DNA of 64,000 bases from assembly GCA_965228475.1 (NCBI GenBank), contig OZ245817.1, positions 96,001-160,000 on the forward strand. Direction: 5' to 3'. Below are positions 16,074 to 27,714 of this stretch, in pieces. This DNA is from Myxococcota bacterium. GTDB taxonomy: Bacteria; Myxococcota_A; UBA9160; JAFDDA01. The position numbers were made by a program, and so were the translations under genes. How positions within the stretch are numbered: the stretch's first letter is position 1; every line of letters starts with the position of its first letter. The notes beneath the pieces were generated by a model that saw only the letters and a list, made by a program, of their open reading frames with translations, was not told the origin of the DNA and ran no database searches.

Positions 16074-18797
16074 GTGCCCCCCTACTTCCAACGCCGTCCC
16101 GTCTCCATCCTCCTCCCCCTTCTCTGCGCGCTCGGCATGACGTCTCCGGCCGCCGCCGGCGAGCTGTTCGCCGGGCAGGTGACCGCCGAAGACGCAGCCC
16201 GCGTCCTGCCCGGCGGCCCCGACGGCGTCGGCGGAATCGGCGACTACGCCCTCGGGAACGGCACGCTTTGCGCGGTGATCTCGCACCCCTCCCAGGGCAC
16301 CGACGTCTCGCCCCAGGGCGGCTTCCTGCTCGACCTCGGCCACTGCGGCGCGGGGAACGATCAGCTCGGGAATCTCATTCCGATGCTGAACGTGAGCCGC
16401 GAGAACATCCCGGTCGTGGATACGGTCGAGACGAGCGTCGCTGCGGGCGAGGCGCGCGTCGTGACGCACGCGCGCTGGGAAGGGTTTGCCGTCGAGACCG
16501 TCTACGCGCTCGACCTCGCGGCCCCGGAACGGCTGCGCATGGAAACGCGCGTCCGCCGGGTCGGCTCGGGCGGCCGGCTCTCCGTCCTCGGCCTGCTCTC
16601 GGTCCACCCGAACGCGACGCTCCGTGCGTTCACCTTCGATACCGAACACGCGGAGCTCGCCAGCGGCTTCTCACACCCGCCGACGCCCGACGAGAACCTC
16701 CGCGCACTGCTCGCCGGCCTCGGCCGCGCGAACGTCCAGGTGCTCGTCTCCGACGACGGCACGACCGAGGGCATCGCCTACGGCATCCGGGTTGCCGAGG
16801 CCTCCCGCATCGATGAAGACGGGGAAGCCCGGCCCCTGCCCGCGGTCGCGCTGAACGGGGCGCCGTTCACCCTGCTCGGGGTCTTCTCGCGTCCGTTCTG
16901 GTTCGGCGGCGGCCTGCGCATCGGACTGGTCGAGCTGCTCCAGGCGCTCTTCATGAACCTGCCCGAGGAAGAGTCGCTGCGCGTCGTGCACGAGATCCAC
17001 GTCGGCAGCCGCGGCGACGTGGCCTCGGTGACCGATCAGCTCTGGCCCGAGGGCCCGCGCGTCGAGGGCGTGCTCGACGACGCGAAGGCGCGCATCCACG
17101 TTCGCGCCGAGGGCCTGCCCGTCACCCAGGTTCGCCCGGGCGCCGACGGGCGCTTCGCCTTCCACGTCCCGGCCGTCGGCGCCTACGAGCTGCGGGCCGT
17201 GGCCGCGGGCGGGCGGGAGATCCGCCTGCCCGTCGACGTCGCGGCCGAAGGCGTGGCGCTCGGCCGGGTCTCGCTCGGTGAGAAGGCCCGCCTGCGGCTC
17301 CCGCGCGGCCACGCCATGCGCCTCGTCTTCGAGGGCCTCGACGGAACGCCGGCGCCGCGCTTCGGGGACGATCTCCTCGGCGTGCGCTTCGGCGAGGACG
17401 AGCCGCCCGCGAGCTCCCTCGCGAGCTACGTCTCCCTCGCCGGCACGGCCGACCACCCGGCCTTCGTGACGCTCCGCCCGGGCCGCTACCGCATCTACGC
17501 CACGCGCGGCCTCGAGTGGAGCGTCGAGCAGACCGAGGTCTCCGTCCGTGCGGGCGAAGACACGTCGCTCGCGATCGGTCTGCCCCGGCACCTCGTGCCG
17601 ACGCCCGGCTGGATCCTCGCGGACCTCCACGTCCACGCCGGCGGGAGCTTCGATTCGACCCTGCCCTACCGCGAGCGCCTGCGGAGCTTCGTCGCCCAGG
17701 GCGGCGAGGTGCTCGTCGCGACCGAGCACGACCACGTCGTCGACTACCGGCCGCTGGTCGGCGAGATGGGTCTCGCGGAGCGGCTGCGCGTGATCCCGGG
17801 CCTCGAGGCGACGAGCATCAGCCGCACCGAAGCGGTGCCCTTCTCCGCGGGCCACGCGAACGTCTTGCCGCTCGAGCCGACGCCCTTCGCGCACCGCGGC
17901 GGCGCGCTCCGCAGCCAGGGCGTGCGCCCGCGCGACATGATCTCCGAGCTGCGCGAGCGCGGCGGGCGCAGGCTCTACCAGCTGAACCACCCGCGCATGC
18001 GCGGCCCCGAGGCGAACGACGAAGCCTTCTTCACACACCAGGGCGTCGCCGGCGCGCCCCACGACCCGACCCAGCCGCTCGATTCCCTCGCGAACCGGAA
18101 CCTCATCGACCCGGATCCGCAGACCGGCGTGCGCGACATCGACTTCGACGCCGTCGAGCTCCTGAACGGGCGCAACGGCCCCGCGCTCGCCTACTTCAAG
18201 CAGACCCGCGCGGACTGGCTTTCGCTCATGCTCCAGGGCGAGCGGCGCACCGCGACCGCCAACAGCGACTCCCACAAGTACCGCCAGCTCGTGGCGATCC
18301 CCGCGAACTACGTGCGCGTCGAAGAAGACCGCGCCGCGCGGCTCGACGAGGGCGCCTTCGTCGAAGCGCTCTTCGCCGGCGCCGTGGTCGGGACGACGGG
18401 GCCCTTTCTCGACGTCTCCCTCGCGGGCGTCGGGCCCGGGGGTACGTTCCGCGGTGCGGAAGCGGAGCTCGAGGTCACCGTTCGCGCGGCGGACTGGATC
18501 CCGGTGAACGAGCTCCGTGTCTACGTCGACGGGCGCCTCGAAACCCGCCAGCCCGTTCGCGCCGGGGAGACCGCGCGCATCCCCCTGGCCTTCGAGGCGG
18601 ATGCCTTCGTCACCGTGGAGGTCCAGGGCAACGCCCGTGGCGACGGCGGCGAGCGCTACCGTGCCGTCGCTCCGGGCTTCATCCCCTTCGCCTTCAGCAA
18701 CCCGGTCTTCGTGGACGCCGACGGCGACGGGCACTTTCTAGCGCCGGGCCTCGTCGAGCCCCTACCGCCGACCCTGACCGACCCGCTCGGCTCCTAG
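16074..18797 (+). CDS. Secreted CehA/McbA-type PHP-fold metallohydrolase
   Basis: Signal-peptide-like N-terminus; GGIGDYAL.NG; ADLHVH, ATEHD, GHAN, NHPR, ANSDSH, AFSNPVFVD; start uncertain. Confidence 0.8.
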   Translation: MPPYFQRRPVSILLPLLCALGMTSPAAAGELFAGQVTAEDAARVLPGGPDGVGGIGDYALGNGTLCAVISHPSQGTDVSPQGGFLLDLGHCGAGNDQLGNLIPMLNVSRENIPVVDTVETSVAAGEARVVTHARWEGFAVETVYALDLAAPERLRMETRVRRVGSGGRLSVLGLLSVHPNATLRAFTFDTEHAELASGFSHPPTPDENLRALLAGLGRANVQVLVSDDGTTEGIAYGIRVAEASRIDEDGEARPLPAVALNGAPFTLLGVFSRPFWFGGGLRIGLVELLQALFMNLPEEESLRVVHEIHVGSRGDVASVTDQLWPEGPRVEGVLDDAKARIHVRAEGLPVTQVRPGADGRFAFHVPAVGAYELRAVAAGGREIRLPVDVAAEGVALGRVSLGEKARLRLPRGHAMRLVFEGLDGTPAPRFGDDLLGVRFGEDEPPASSLASYVSLAGTADHPAFVTLRPGRYRIYATRGLEWSVEQTEVSVRAGEDTSLAIGLPRHLVPTPGWILADLHVHAGGSFDSTLPYRERLRSFVAQGGEVLVATEHDHVVDYRPLVGEMGLAERLRVIPGLEATSISRTEAVPFSAGHANVLPLEPTPFAHRGGALRSQGVRPRDMISELRERGGRRLYQLNHPRMRGPEANDEAFFTHQGVAGAPHDPTQPLDSLANRNLIDPDPQTGVRDIDFDAVELLNGRNGPALAYFKQTRADWLSLMLQGERRTATANSDSHKYRQLVAIPANYVRVEEDRAARLDEGAFVEALFAGAVVGTTGPFLDVSLAGVGPGGTFRGAEAELEVTVRAADWIPVNELRVYVDGRLETRQPVRAGETARIPLAFEADAFVTVEVQGNARGDGGERYRAVAPGFIPFAFSNPVFVDADGDGHFLAPGLVEPLPPTLTDPLGS

Positions 18798-18928
18798 CCG
18801 GCCCGCCGGCGGGCCCGAGCGCGTCCGCGGCGAAATCGCTGCCGCCCCGAAGTCCCTGGAATGGATCGAGAAAAGCGCCGCCCGGCCCGCCCCCGCCGCG
18901 CCCGCCTTGGTGTATGTTTCCGGCGCGC

Positions 18929-19019
18929 GGAGAGGTGGCCGAGTGGCTGAAGGCGCGCCCCTGCTAAGGGTGTATAGGCTTATCCCCTATCGAGGGTTCG
19001 AATCCCTCCCTCTCCGCCA
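18929..19019 (+). tRNA. tRNA-Ser(GCT)
   Basis: Anticodon arm CGCCC-CTGCTAA-GGGTG, long variable arm, T-loop, CCA end. Confidence 0.97.
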
Positions 19020-19069
19020 GGCCTTCGCATTGGCCTCGTGCCGCCCCGACGCGGCCGCACGAGGACCCC

Positions 19070-19157
<88 letters not shown>

Positions 19158-19185
19158 ACCCGTCTGCGGTTGCAGTGCCCCGTCG

Positions 19186-19593
19186 CTAGCGCGAAAGGGC
19201 GAAGCGGACCGGGAGCTGGACGCGCCCGAAGACCCACGGCAGCGGCTTCGAATCGTTCACGGCGTCGCGCGCGGCCCGGTCGAGGCCGCGGTAGCCGCTC
19301 GAGTGGTTGACCTCGACGTCGATCGGATTGCCCTGGGGGTCGATCTCGAAGGAGACGACCGATTCGCCCTCGTGCCCCTTCGAGCGGGCGCGCGGGGGGT
19401 AGACGACGGCGGCCTGGACACGGTCGCGGATCTGGATCAGCCGGCTCTCGACCGACGGGGTCGGCGGGAGCGCGTCGACGAGCCAGACGCCGCGGCTGCG
19501 CTGCGGCGATTCGGCCTCGGCGGGCGGGTCTTCCGCACGGGCGCCGCCGGCGAGCACGGCGATCAGGAGGGCAAGGGGCACGGTCCGGAGCAT
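19186..19593 (-). CDS. Short TonB C-terminal domain protein
   Basis: YPPRARSKGHEG.SVVSFEI, SSGYRGLDRAARDAV, VQLPVRFAL; N-terminal signal/TM. Confidence 0.8.
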   Translation of the reverse strand: MLRTVPLALLIAVLAGGARAEDPPAEAESPQRSRGVWLVDALPPTPSVESRLIQIRDRVQAAVVYPPRARSKGHEGESVVSFEIDPQGNPIDVEVNHSSGYRGLDRAARDAVNDSKPLPWVFGRVQLPVRFALSR

Positions 19594-19898
19594 GGGCGCC
19601 AGTCTAGCCACGAAGCCCGCTCCGCAGCCACCGCGGCGATCGGGGCCCCACCCAGCCCTCGTGAAAGGCGAACTCCCACCGAAGAGGCCGAGGCCCGTCC
19701 GCTGAGAGGCTCGCGCATGGCGGAGCTCGATTGGCACGCCCGGCAGTATGAGATAATCAGCCTTCTTCACGGGCCCGCGCGCGAGCGCAGGTGCCCCCGA
19801 GTGTCGGCGCCGCGGCCCATGCGGTGCGACGGAGAATCGAGATGTCTGGGATTCTGGGTCATCGCCGGGCGGCCGCGCCCCGCTGCGTCCATTCCGCC

Positions 19899-21932
19899 AT
19901 GCTCCGAAGCTGCCTGTGCAGCGCCTTCCTCGCCTGCCTGGTGACCTGGCCGGCCGCGCCCTCCTTTGCGGAGGAGCCTGCGGAGGAGGAGAAGAAGGAG
20001 CAGCAGCAGCCGCCGAAGCAGACGCTGAAGCTCGATCCCGTCATCGTCACGGCGAGCCCCATCGCCGAACGGGCCGACGAGCTCGCGACGCCCGTCGTCC
20101 GGGTCGAGCGGGACGAGATCGTCGAGAACCTCGGGTCGACGCTCGGCGAAACCGTCGGGCAGCTCCCCGGCGTCTCGACGACGGGCTTCACCGCGGGCGC
20201 CAGCCGGCCCGTCATCCGCGGCCAGGACGCCTTCCGCACGGAGGTCCTCGAGGATGGGCTCGCGACCCAGGACGTCTCCCAGCTCAGCCCCGACCACGCG
20301 GTCCCGGTGAACCCGATCAACGCCACGGCGATCGAGGTGGTTCGCGGCCCGGGCATCCTGCGCTACGGCGGCGGGGCCTCGGCGGGCGTCGTCAACACGA
20401 TCACGCAGCGCATCCCGACCGAGCGGATCGAGGATCCGATCGAGGTGGACGTGGTCGGCTCCTACCAGAGCAACGGCGACGGCGGTGACTTCGGGACCGT
20501 GCTGCGCGGAGGCATCGGCAACTTCGCCTGGCACCTCGACGGCTTCTATCGCGACACCGACGATTACGAGACGGGCGCCGGCCGGACCCAGAACGGCACC
20601 TTCATCGACGACACCTGGGGCGCGGCCGGGGGCGGCGCCTGGATCTTCGACGCCGGCCGGCTCGGCTTCGCGTTCAACCGCTTCGACGCCAAGTACGGCA
20701 TCCCCGAGGACGAGCCCGTCGCGATCCACCTGCGGACGAACCGCTACCGCTTCGAGGGCGACTGGGAGAACCCGTTCCGGGGCATCCGCGAGATCAACGT
20801 CAGCGGCGTCTACTCGGACTACGAGCACACCGAGCGCGTCGAGGGCGTGACCGGCCAGCTCTACGACAACGAAGCGTTCGACGGCCGCCTCGAAGCGCAC
20901 CATGGCGAGTTCCTGGGGTTCACCGGCGCCATCGGCTTTCACGGCAGGAATCAAGAGTTCGAAGGCGGAGGCGAGGCAGCCGAGTTCCTCGCGCCCAGCG
21001 AGACCTCGACCATCGCAGCCTACCTCTTCGAGGAACTCCCCCTGCTGGACTCGCTCGATTTCCAGACCGGCCTCCGGATCGAACGCACCTGGGTGAACGG
21101 GACACCGATCACCGACGATCGCAAGGATCGGACGTTCTTCCCCTTGAGCGGCTCCGTCGCCCTGGTCTCGCGCCCGACCGAACAGCTCACCCTCGCCGGA
21201 ACGTTCACGGCGGGGCAACGTGCACCCAGCCAGATCGAGCTCTTCGCCCGCGGCCCCCACGAGGCGACGGCCACCTTCGAGCTCGGGGACCCCGACATCG
21301 ACGAGGAAACCTCGTACAGCGGCGATCTCCGGTTCGCCGGCGATTTCGATTGCTTCCGCTTCGAGGCCAGCACGTTCGCGACCCACTACGACGGCTTCAT
21401 CTTCGGTTCCCTCACCGGGCGCATGTTGGACGAGGACGGGATGCCCGGGGGCGATCTCGAAGAGCTCCTCTACCTCGAGCGCGACGCCACGTTCTACGGC
21501 GGCGAGGTCACGTTGGGCGTCGATCTGTTCGAGCTCTTCGGAGGGACCGTCGGCACGAAGTGGCAGGCCGACTACGTCCGTGCCCGCTTCACCGAGGGCG
21601 GCGGCGACCGGGACGTCCCGCGCATCACGCCGGTTCGCTGGGGCGGGGCGATCACCTACGAGCACGACCGCGTCTCGGGGACCCTGCGGTTCCTGCGGAA
21701 CGAGAACCAGCGGGACGTGGCGGCGAACGAGTTCGCGACCGACGAGTTCACGATGCTCGACCTGATCCTCCACTACCAGCTTCCGCTGGGCGATGGCCGA
21801 GTTCAGGCGAACATCGACCTCGTTGCCCGCAACCTGCTCGACGAAAAGGCGCGCAACGCGGTCTCCTTCACCAAGGACGAGGTCCTGCTCCCGGGCCGGA
21901 ACTTCCGGGTGAACGTCCGCATCGCCTACTGA
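19899..21932 (+). CDS. TonB-dependent receptor, ZnuD-like
   Basis: TonB box (PVIVTA), ASRPVIRG, SPDHAVPVNP, IEVVRGP, ELFARGPHEAT, NLLDEKARNAVSF, C-terminal aromatic residue. Confidence 0.88.
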   Translation: MLRSCLCSAFLACLVTWPAAPSFAEEPAEEEKKEQQQPPKQTLKLDPVIVTASPIAERADELATPVVRVERDEIVENLGSTLGETVGQLPGVSTTGFTAGASRPVIRGQDAFRTEVLEDGLATQDVSQLSPDHAVPVNPINATAIEVVRGPGILRYGGGASAGVVNTITQRIPTERIEDPIEVDVVGSYQSNGDGGDFGTVLRGGIGNFAWHLDGFYRDTDDYETGAGRTQNGTFIDDTWGAAGGGAWIFDAGRLGFAFNRFDAKYGIPEDEPVAIHLRTNRYRFEGDWENPFRGIREINVSGVYSDYEHTERVEGVTGQLYDNEAFDGRLEAHHGEFLGFTGAIGFHGRNQEFEGGGEAAEFLAPSETSTIAAYLFEELPLLDSLDFQTGLRIERTWVNGTPITDDRKDRTFFPLSGSVALVSRPTEQLTLAGTFTAGQRAPSQIELFARGPHEATATFELGDPDIDEETSYSGDLRFAGDFDCFRFEASTFATHYDGFIFGSLTGRMLDEDGMPGGDLEELLYLERDATFYGGEVTLGVDLFELFGGTVGTKWQADYVRARFTEGGGDRDVPRITPVRWGGAITYEHDRVSGTLRFLRNENQRDVAANEFATDEFTMLDLILHYQLPLGDGRVQANIDLVARNLLDEKARNAVSFTKDEVLLPGRNFRVNVRIAY

Positions 21933-22038
21933 CCCGGGTGGATCGGGGCCCGGCTGGCCGGCCGCGGACGGCCACCTCCCGGGGATGTCGGCTGGGCACC
22001 ACGATGCGTTACCGTCCAGCGTCTTCCCCGAGGGCCCC

Positions 22039-23090
<1,052 letters not shown>

Positions 23091-23094
<4 letters not shown>

Positions 23095-23516
23095 CTCCCG
23101 GCGAGCCGGAAGCGCGGGATCGCGAGGTCGGCGCTCATGTCTTCCCAGACCAGTTCGACCGGGGCGCCGATCGTGACGTCTTCGGGTTCGGTCTCGACGA
23201 GGTTCGAGATCATCCGCAGGCCGCCCGAGTCCTCGAGCGCGATCACGGCGATGACCGTGGGGACCGGCTGGCCGGCCGCGATCGGGCGGTGTGCCACCGT
23301 ATAGGTGTAGACCTCGCCGCGGCCCGAGAGCGTCATCCACTCCGACTCCGTGGACTGGCACTCGGCGCATACGGGGGAAGGAGGATGCCGCGTCGCTCCG
23401 CACGCGGTGCAACGCTGCACGACGAGACGGTGCTCGGCTGCGGCCTCCCAGAACGGGAGCGTGATCGCGTCCGCCAGGGGGCCCGGCATCGCATCGGGAA
23501 AGAAGCGTTCGCTCAT
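23091..23516 (-). CDS. DUF35 Zn-ribbon/OB-fold protein (ChsH2 C-terminal-like)
   Basis: PFWEAAAEHRLVVQRCTACG..HPPSPVCAEC, SGRGEVYTYT. Confidence 0.9.
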
Positions 23517-24736
23517 CGTCGCCCCAACAGCAGCGCGCTCGACGGGACGCACGCCGCGCTCGTGACCAGACAGACCTCGGCGCCTTCCACCGGGCTCGTG
23601 GACTCTCCGCGCAGCGTGCGCACGCCCTCCACCACGTGGTTCAGGCCATGGATGTACGCCTCGGAGAGGCTTCCGCCGTGGGTGTTCGTCGGCAGGCTTC
23701 CGCCCTTCCACGCGAGCGCGCCGCTCTCGACGAACGGGCCGCCCTCGCCGCGCGCGCAGAAGCCGTAGTCCTCGAGCTGGAGGAGGACGCAGCCCGTGAA
23801 GTGGTCGTAGATCTGGGCCACGTCCACGTCGCTCGGGCCGAGGCCGGCCTTGCCGTAGAGGCGCCCGGCGAGTTCTTCGGTTCCGCCCGTGGCGTAGAGT
23901 TCGTCGGCGATGTTGGCGTTGGTGAAGTGGCCGAAGGCGTAGCCCCTCGGCGCACCCTGCTCGCTCGCGAGGATCTCGACCGAAGGCTTCGCGAGATCCC
24001 GCGCGCGCTCGGCCGTCGTCACGACCACCGCGCACGCCCCGTCGCTCTCGAGGCAGCAATCGAACAGGCGGTGCGGGTCGGCGATCATGGGCGAGGCCTG
24101 GTGGTCTTCGAGGGTCATCGCGCGGCCGCCCATCACGGCGCGCGGGTTGCGGCTCGCGTGCTCGCGGAAGGTCACCGCGATGTGGCCGAGCTGCTCGCTC
24201 GTGGTGCCGTAGAGGTGCATGTGCCGGCGGGTCGGCAGCGCGTAGGCCGCCGCCGCCATCAACAGGCCGAAGGGCATCGCGAAGCCCATCGAGGCGAGCA
24301 TCGGCGTGGTGGCCTGCTGGACGGTCGGCGGGGGCGGGTCGGCGGCCGGCGCATCGGAGGCGATCGGGCTGCCGAAGCGGAAGAACTGCCCCTGGCACAG
24401 GGCGCGGTAGACCACGACGACCTCCGCCTGGCCGGTCTCCACGGCCATGGCGGCGTTGCCGATGGCGGCGCAGCCGCCGCCTCCGCCGGGCATCCACACC
24501 ATGTTGCCGAAGCGCAGGGTCGGCAGGCCGAGCTCCGCAGCGAGGAAGACCGCTTCGTTGCGATCCTCGGCGAAGGAGGCGAGGCCGTCCACGTCGTTCA
24601 TGGAAAGGCCCGCGTCGGCGACGGCGCGCGCGATGGCCTCACACGCGAGCGCGTGCTCCGAGACGTCGCCGATCTTGCCCCAGCGCGTGTATCGGGTCTC
24701 TCCCACGCCGACGAGGTGGGCTCGGTTGCGACTCAT
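23513..24736 (-). CDS. Thiolase-like lipid-transfer protein (Ltp2-type aldolase)
   Basis: DCCLESDGA, AQIYDHFT, NTHGGSLSEAYIHG; no thiolase catalytic Cys motif. Confidence 0.88.
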   Translation of the reverse strand: MSRNRAHLVGVGETRYTRWGKIGDVSEHALACEAIARAVADAGLSMNDVDGLASFAEDRNEAVFLAAELGLPTLRFGNMVWMPGGGGGCAAIGNAAMAVETGQAEVVVVYRALCQGQFFRFGSPIASDAPAADPPPPTVQQATTPMLASMGFAMPFGLLMAAAAYALPTRRHMHLYGTTSEQLGHIAVTFREHASRNPRAVMGGRAMTLEDHQASPMIADPHRLFDCCLESDGACAVVVTTAERARDLAKPSVEILASEQGAPRGYAFGHFTNANIADELYATGGTEELAGRLYGKAGLGPSDVDVAQIYDHFTGCVLLQLEDYGFCARGEGGPFVESGALAWKGGSLPTNTHGGSLSEAYIHGLNHVVEGVRTLRGESTSPVEGAEVCLVTSAACVPSSALLLGRR

Positions 24737-24746
24737 GCGGGCGAAC

Positions 24747-25163
24747 TCAGAGCGGCAGCGAGAGCGCGACGGTCCCGCTCGCATGGTCGCCGAGGTCGTT
24801 GGCGGCGCGCACCTCCACGTCGATCGCCCGCTCGCCGTCCTCCTCGCACACCCCGAGCACCCGCCCGGTGAAGCGCAGCGTCTGGTTGGGCACCGCCGGA
24901 ACGCCGAGCCGGATCTTCACGTGACGCAGCATCGCTTCGGGCCCCGCCCAGTCGGTGACGAAGCGCGCCACGTAGCCGTTGGTGGTGAGGATGTTCATGA
25001 ACATGTCCGAAGCACCCTGCGCCCGGGCGTATTCGGCGTCGTGGTGGACGGGCATGAAATCGCGGGAGGCGATGGCTCCGGCGACGATGACCGTCGACGT
25101 CACGGGGAGTTCGAAGGTCGGCAGCTCGTCGCCGGCCGCGATGTTCGTGGGTGTGGATGCCAT
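24747..25163 (-). CDS. MaoC-like enoyl-CoA hydratase subunit (ChsH1-like)
   Basis: VAGAIASRDFMPVHHD, FMNILTTNG, RLGVP. Confidence 0.88.
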   Translation of the reverse strand: MASTPTNIAAGDELPTFELPVTSTVIVAGAIASRDFMPVHHDAEYARAQGASDMFMNILTTNGYVARFVTDWAGPEAMLRHVKIRLGVPAVPNQTLRFTGRVLGVCEEDGERAIDVEVRAANDLGDHASGTVALSLPL

Positions 25164-25168
25164 GGTCG

Positions 25169-25741
25169 CTACCTCCCCAGCTTGCTCGGATCGATCGTGG
25201 CCGGGTCGAACTTGAACACGCGGAAGAGCTGACGGCCGACGACCTCCCCGCTCTCGGTCGTGTACGTCGTCACCCAGGTCACGAAGTAACCCTGGCCGAG
25301 CGCCGTGGTCTTGAGAGCGGAGATGGACTCGATCTCGCTCTCGAGCCGGAGGTGGTCGCCGGGTTTCAGGTAGCGCACGAACTCGAGCTCCGAGTTCGTG
25401 GCCACGACGCCGAGGTAGCCCGCCTCGTCGAGCACGTTGAGCGGGTTGTCGAAGGTGAGATCGTCCGGAGCGCCGCGCCGCTCCGCGATGCCCTCGATCT
25501 TCGGGCGCGGCATGCCCCAGACCTGCAGCATGGCGGGCGGCGCCACGACTCCATCGAACCTGCTGGAGCCTGGGTTGGACGCATCGCCCGATTCGTACGC
25601 AGGGTTGCGGTCGTCCAGCGCATCGACCCAGTGCCGGATCATGGGCCCGTTGACGGGTTCCGGCGCGATGGACGGGGGCCCCATCGGCTTGCCGACGTAG
25701 GCCTGGAGTCGTTCTTCCAGCGTTTCGCTCTCGCTCTGCAT
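25169..25741 (-). CDS. MaoC-like dehydratase (ChsH2 N-terminal-like)
   Basis: PVNGPMIRHWVDALDDRNP, VAPPAMLQVW, VVATNSE, KTTALGQGYFVT. Confidence 0.85.
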   Translation of the reverse strand: MQSESETLEERLQAYVGKPMGPPSIAPEPVNGPMIRHWVDALDDRNPAYESGDASNPGSSRFDGVVAPPAMLQVWGMPRPKIEGIAERRGAPDDLTFDNPLNVLDEAGYLGVVATNSELEFVRYLKPGDHLRLESEIESISALKTTALGQGYFVTWVTTYTTESGEVVGRQLFRVFKFDPATIDPSKLGR

Positions 25742-25870
25742 CGATCTCGTCTCGGTGTGGCCTGGGTGTCTCGGCTGGCCCAGGGATTCGGGCACGGCTC
25801 GCGACGCATCATACTCGCACGCGACGCTCGTACAACCGAATTCGATCGCGGGTCGAACGCGGATCGAGCG

Positions 25871-26572
25871 CTACGCCGTCGGACGTTCGAGCTCCTTCAT
25901 GATGGCCTCGCGCTTGATCCGGAGAAGCGAGCGGACGCCTTCGCTCGCCTTCTCGGGATCGCGGTGGAGGAGCCCATCGCGGATCGCTTCGATCGAGGGC
26001 GCGAGCGTCGCCGCCGACGGGCGCGAGCGCCGGAGCAGCGGCACGACCGCCCCCAGCACCACGTGCAGGCTGTTGCCAACCATGTGGAGGACGAGGTTCT
26101 GGCTGCCGCGGGCCACGAGCTGCAGGAGCTCGACGAGCGCTGCGACGTATTCCTCCTCGCCGTTGCTTCGCCGCACGAGTTCCGGGAGCAGCTCGAGCGC
26201 GCGGGCAAGGTCCGCGTCGCTGGCGCGCTCGACGGCCAGGCGGGCCGCGCCGACGAGCAGCAGCTCGTGGACGTCGAGCAGCTGACCCACGAGGGCGGGG
26301 TCGGGCGTGTCGGACACCCGCAGCACGTGCCCCAGCACCTCGAGCCTGGCCTGGTGAAGCGGCGCGACGCGCGAGCCGCCCGGCTGGACGTCGACCAGGC
26401 CTTCGTTGGCAAGGATCTTCAACGCCTCGCGCGCGGAGCCGCGGTTCACGCCGGCCTGTTCGGCCAGCTCGCGCTCCGAAGGCAGCCGCTCGCCCGGCCG
26501 ATAGCGGCCCGCCAGGATCTGCGTCCGGACCCGGTCGGCGATCGCCTCGGGCCGCGAGGCCTGGCCGGTCAA
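25871..26572 (-). CDS. GntR/FadR-family transcriptional regulator
   Basis: wHTH YRPGERLPSERELAEQAGVNRGSAREAL; TTG start overlapping alkB stop. Confidence 0.88.
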   Translation of the reverse strand: MTGQASRPEAIADRVRTQILAGRYRPGERLPSERELAEQAGVNRGSAREALKILANEGLVDVQPGGSRVAPLHQARLEVLGHVLRVSDTPDPALVGQLLDVHELLLVGAARLAVERASDADLARALELLPELVRRSNGEEEYVAALVELLQLVARGSQNLVLHMVGNSLHVVLGAVVPLLRRSRPSAATLAPSIEAIRDGLLHRDPEKASEGVRSLLRIKREAIMKELERPTA

Positions 26573-27696
26573 GCGCCTGCACCTTGCTTGGCGAAGGGGC
26601 CGAGGCCGCGCCGTTCGAGCTCCTCGGTCATCTGCTCTCGGAACACCGCGTTGCGCGCCAGGACGAGCGGGAACATCGCGATGTAGCCGCGCGGCAGGAC
26701 TGGCGCCTCCTCGTGGACGCGCAGCTTCTGGTAGGGGCGTGTGGCGTAGGCGTGGTGGTCGGCGTGGCGCGTCAGGCCGGTGAGCGCGTAGTAGGTGAAG
26801 CGCGAGTGCGTGTCCCAGGAGTCGACGGGGCGCACGCGCGGGCCCGTTCGCTCGAGGCCCCAGTGTTCGAAGTAGTTCACCACCTCGAGGGCGCGGGACG
26901 CGAAGACGGCCTGGAGCAGGAAGCCCGCGAACGCCGCGATGCCCGCGAAGACGCCGATCGCGAGCGCGAGGCTCCACTCGGCGATGACGCCGTGTAGGAC
27001 GCGGTTGCCGAGCTGGCGGCGGTCGAAGATCGGCATGTCCACGTCGCCGAGCCGCTTCGTTTCGAGCCGCCAGGCGCTGCGGAACTGCGCCGGTACGGTG
27101 CGCACGTAGAACTGGGTGAAGGTTTCGCCGAAGCGCGCGGTGGCCGGGTCTTCGGGCGTACCGACCCGCACGTGATGGCCGCGCACGTGCTCGGTGTAGA
27201 AGTGTTCGTACATCACCGTGCAGAGCAGCGCGCGCCCGAGCGTCTGCATGCTGCGGTTCGGGCGGTGGATGAGCTCGTGGGCGACCACGATGCCCGAGTA
27301 GCCCGAGCTCGCGCCCACGAGCAGGACGCCCGCGAGCGTCCCGAGCGAGAAGAAGGCCTGCAGCTCGAAGAACCGCACGAACAGCGCGACGTTCGCGAGC
27401 TGGATCACGAACAGCACGAGGAGCAGGCCGTCGAAGGGCCACGCGGGAAGATCCTCGCGCGGGGCGTGGAGCTGCTTGCCGGTCTTGCGGTCGGCGATCT
27501 GCATCGCGAGGCCGGGGACGAGCACCCAGAGCAGGGCTTCCCAGCGGCCGTGGGGCACAGCCAGCAGGAAGCTCAGGGCCACCAGCGGCAGGAAGAGCGC
27601 CGCGAGGTGCGGCGCGAAGATCCGCAGGGTGGAGGTGAGCGGGAGCCGCTGAGTCGGCTCGGAGGTGGAAAGGGAGGGGGAGGCGTGGTCGGTCAT
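26569..27696 (-). CDS. alkB: Alkane 1-monooxygenase (membrane di-iron)
   Basis: His boxes HELIH, EHVRGHH, NYFEHWG, HADHH; TPEDPATARFGE. Confidence 0.88.
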   Translation of the reverse strand: MTDHASPSLSTSEPTQRLPLTSTLRIFAPHLAALFLPLVALSFLLAVPHGRWEALLWVLVPGLAMQIADRKTGKQLHAPREDLPAWPFDGLLLVLFVIQLANVALFVRFFELQAFFSLGTLAGVLLVGASSGYSGIVVAHELIHRPNRSMQTLGRALLCTVMYEHFYTEHVRGHHVRVGTPEDPATARFGETFTQFYVRTVPAQFRSAWRLETKRLGDVDMPIFDRRQLGNRVLHGVIAEWSLALAIGVFAGIAAFAGFLLQAVFASRALEVVNYFEHWGLERTGPRVRPVDSWDTHSRFTYYALTGLTRHADHHAYATRPYQKLRVHEEAPVLPRGYIAMFPLVLARNAVFREQMTEELERRGLGPFAKQGAGA

Positions 27697-27714
27697 GGGT
27701 GCTCCGGGCGCTGA

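Noticed and set aside
19594..19898. Cobalamin riboswitch or sigma54 promoter upstream of the TonB-dependent receptor
   Set aside because: No recognisable B12-box core, and TTGGCACG at about 19731 lacks GC at the required GG-N10-GC spacing
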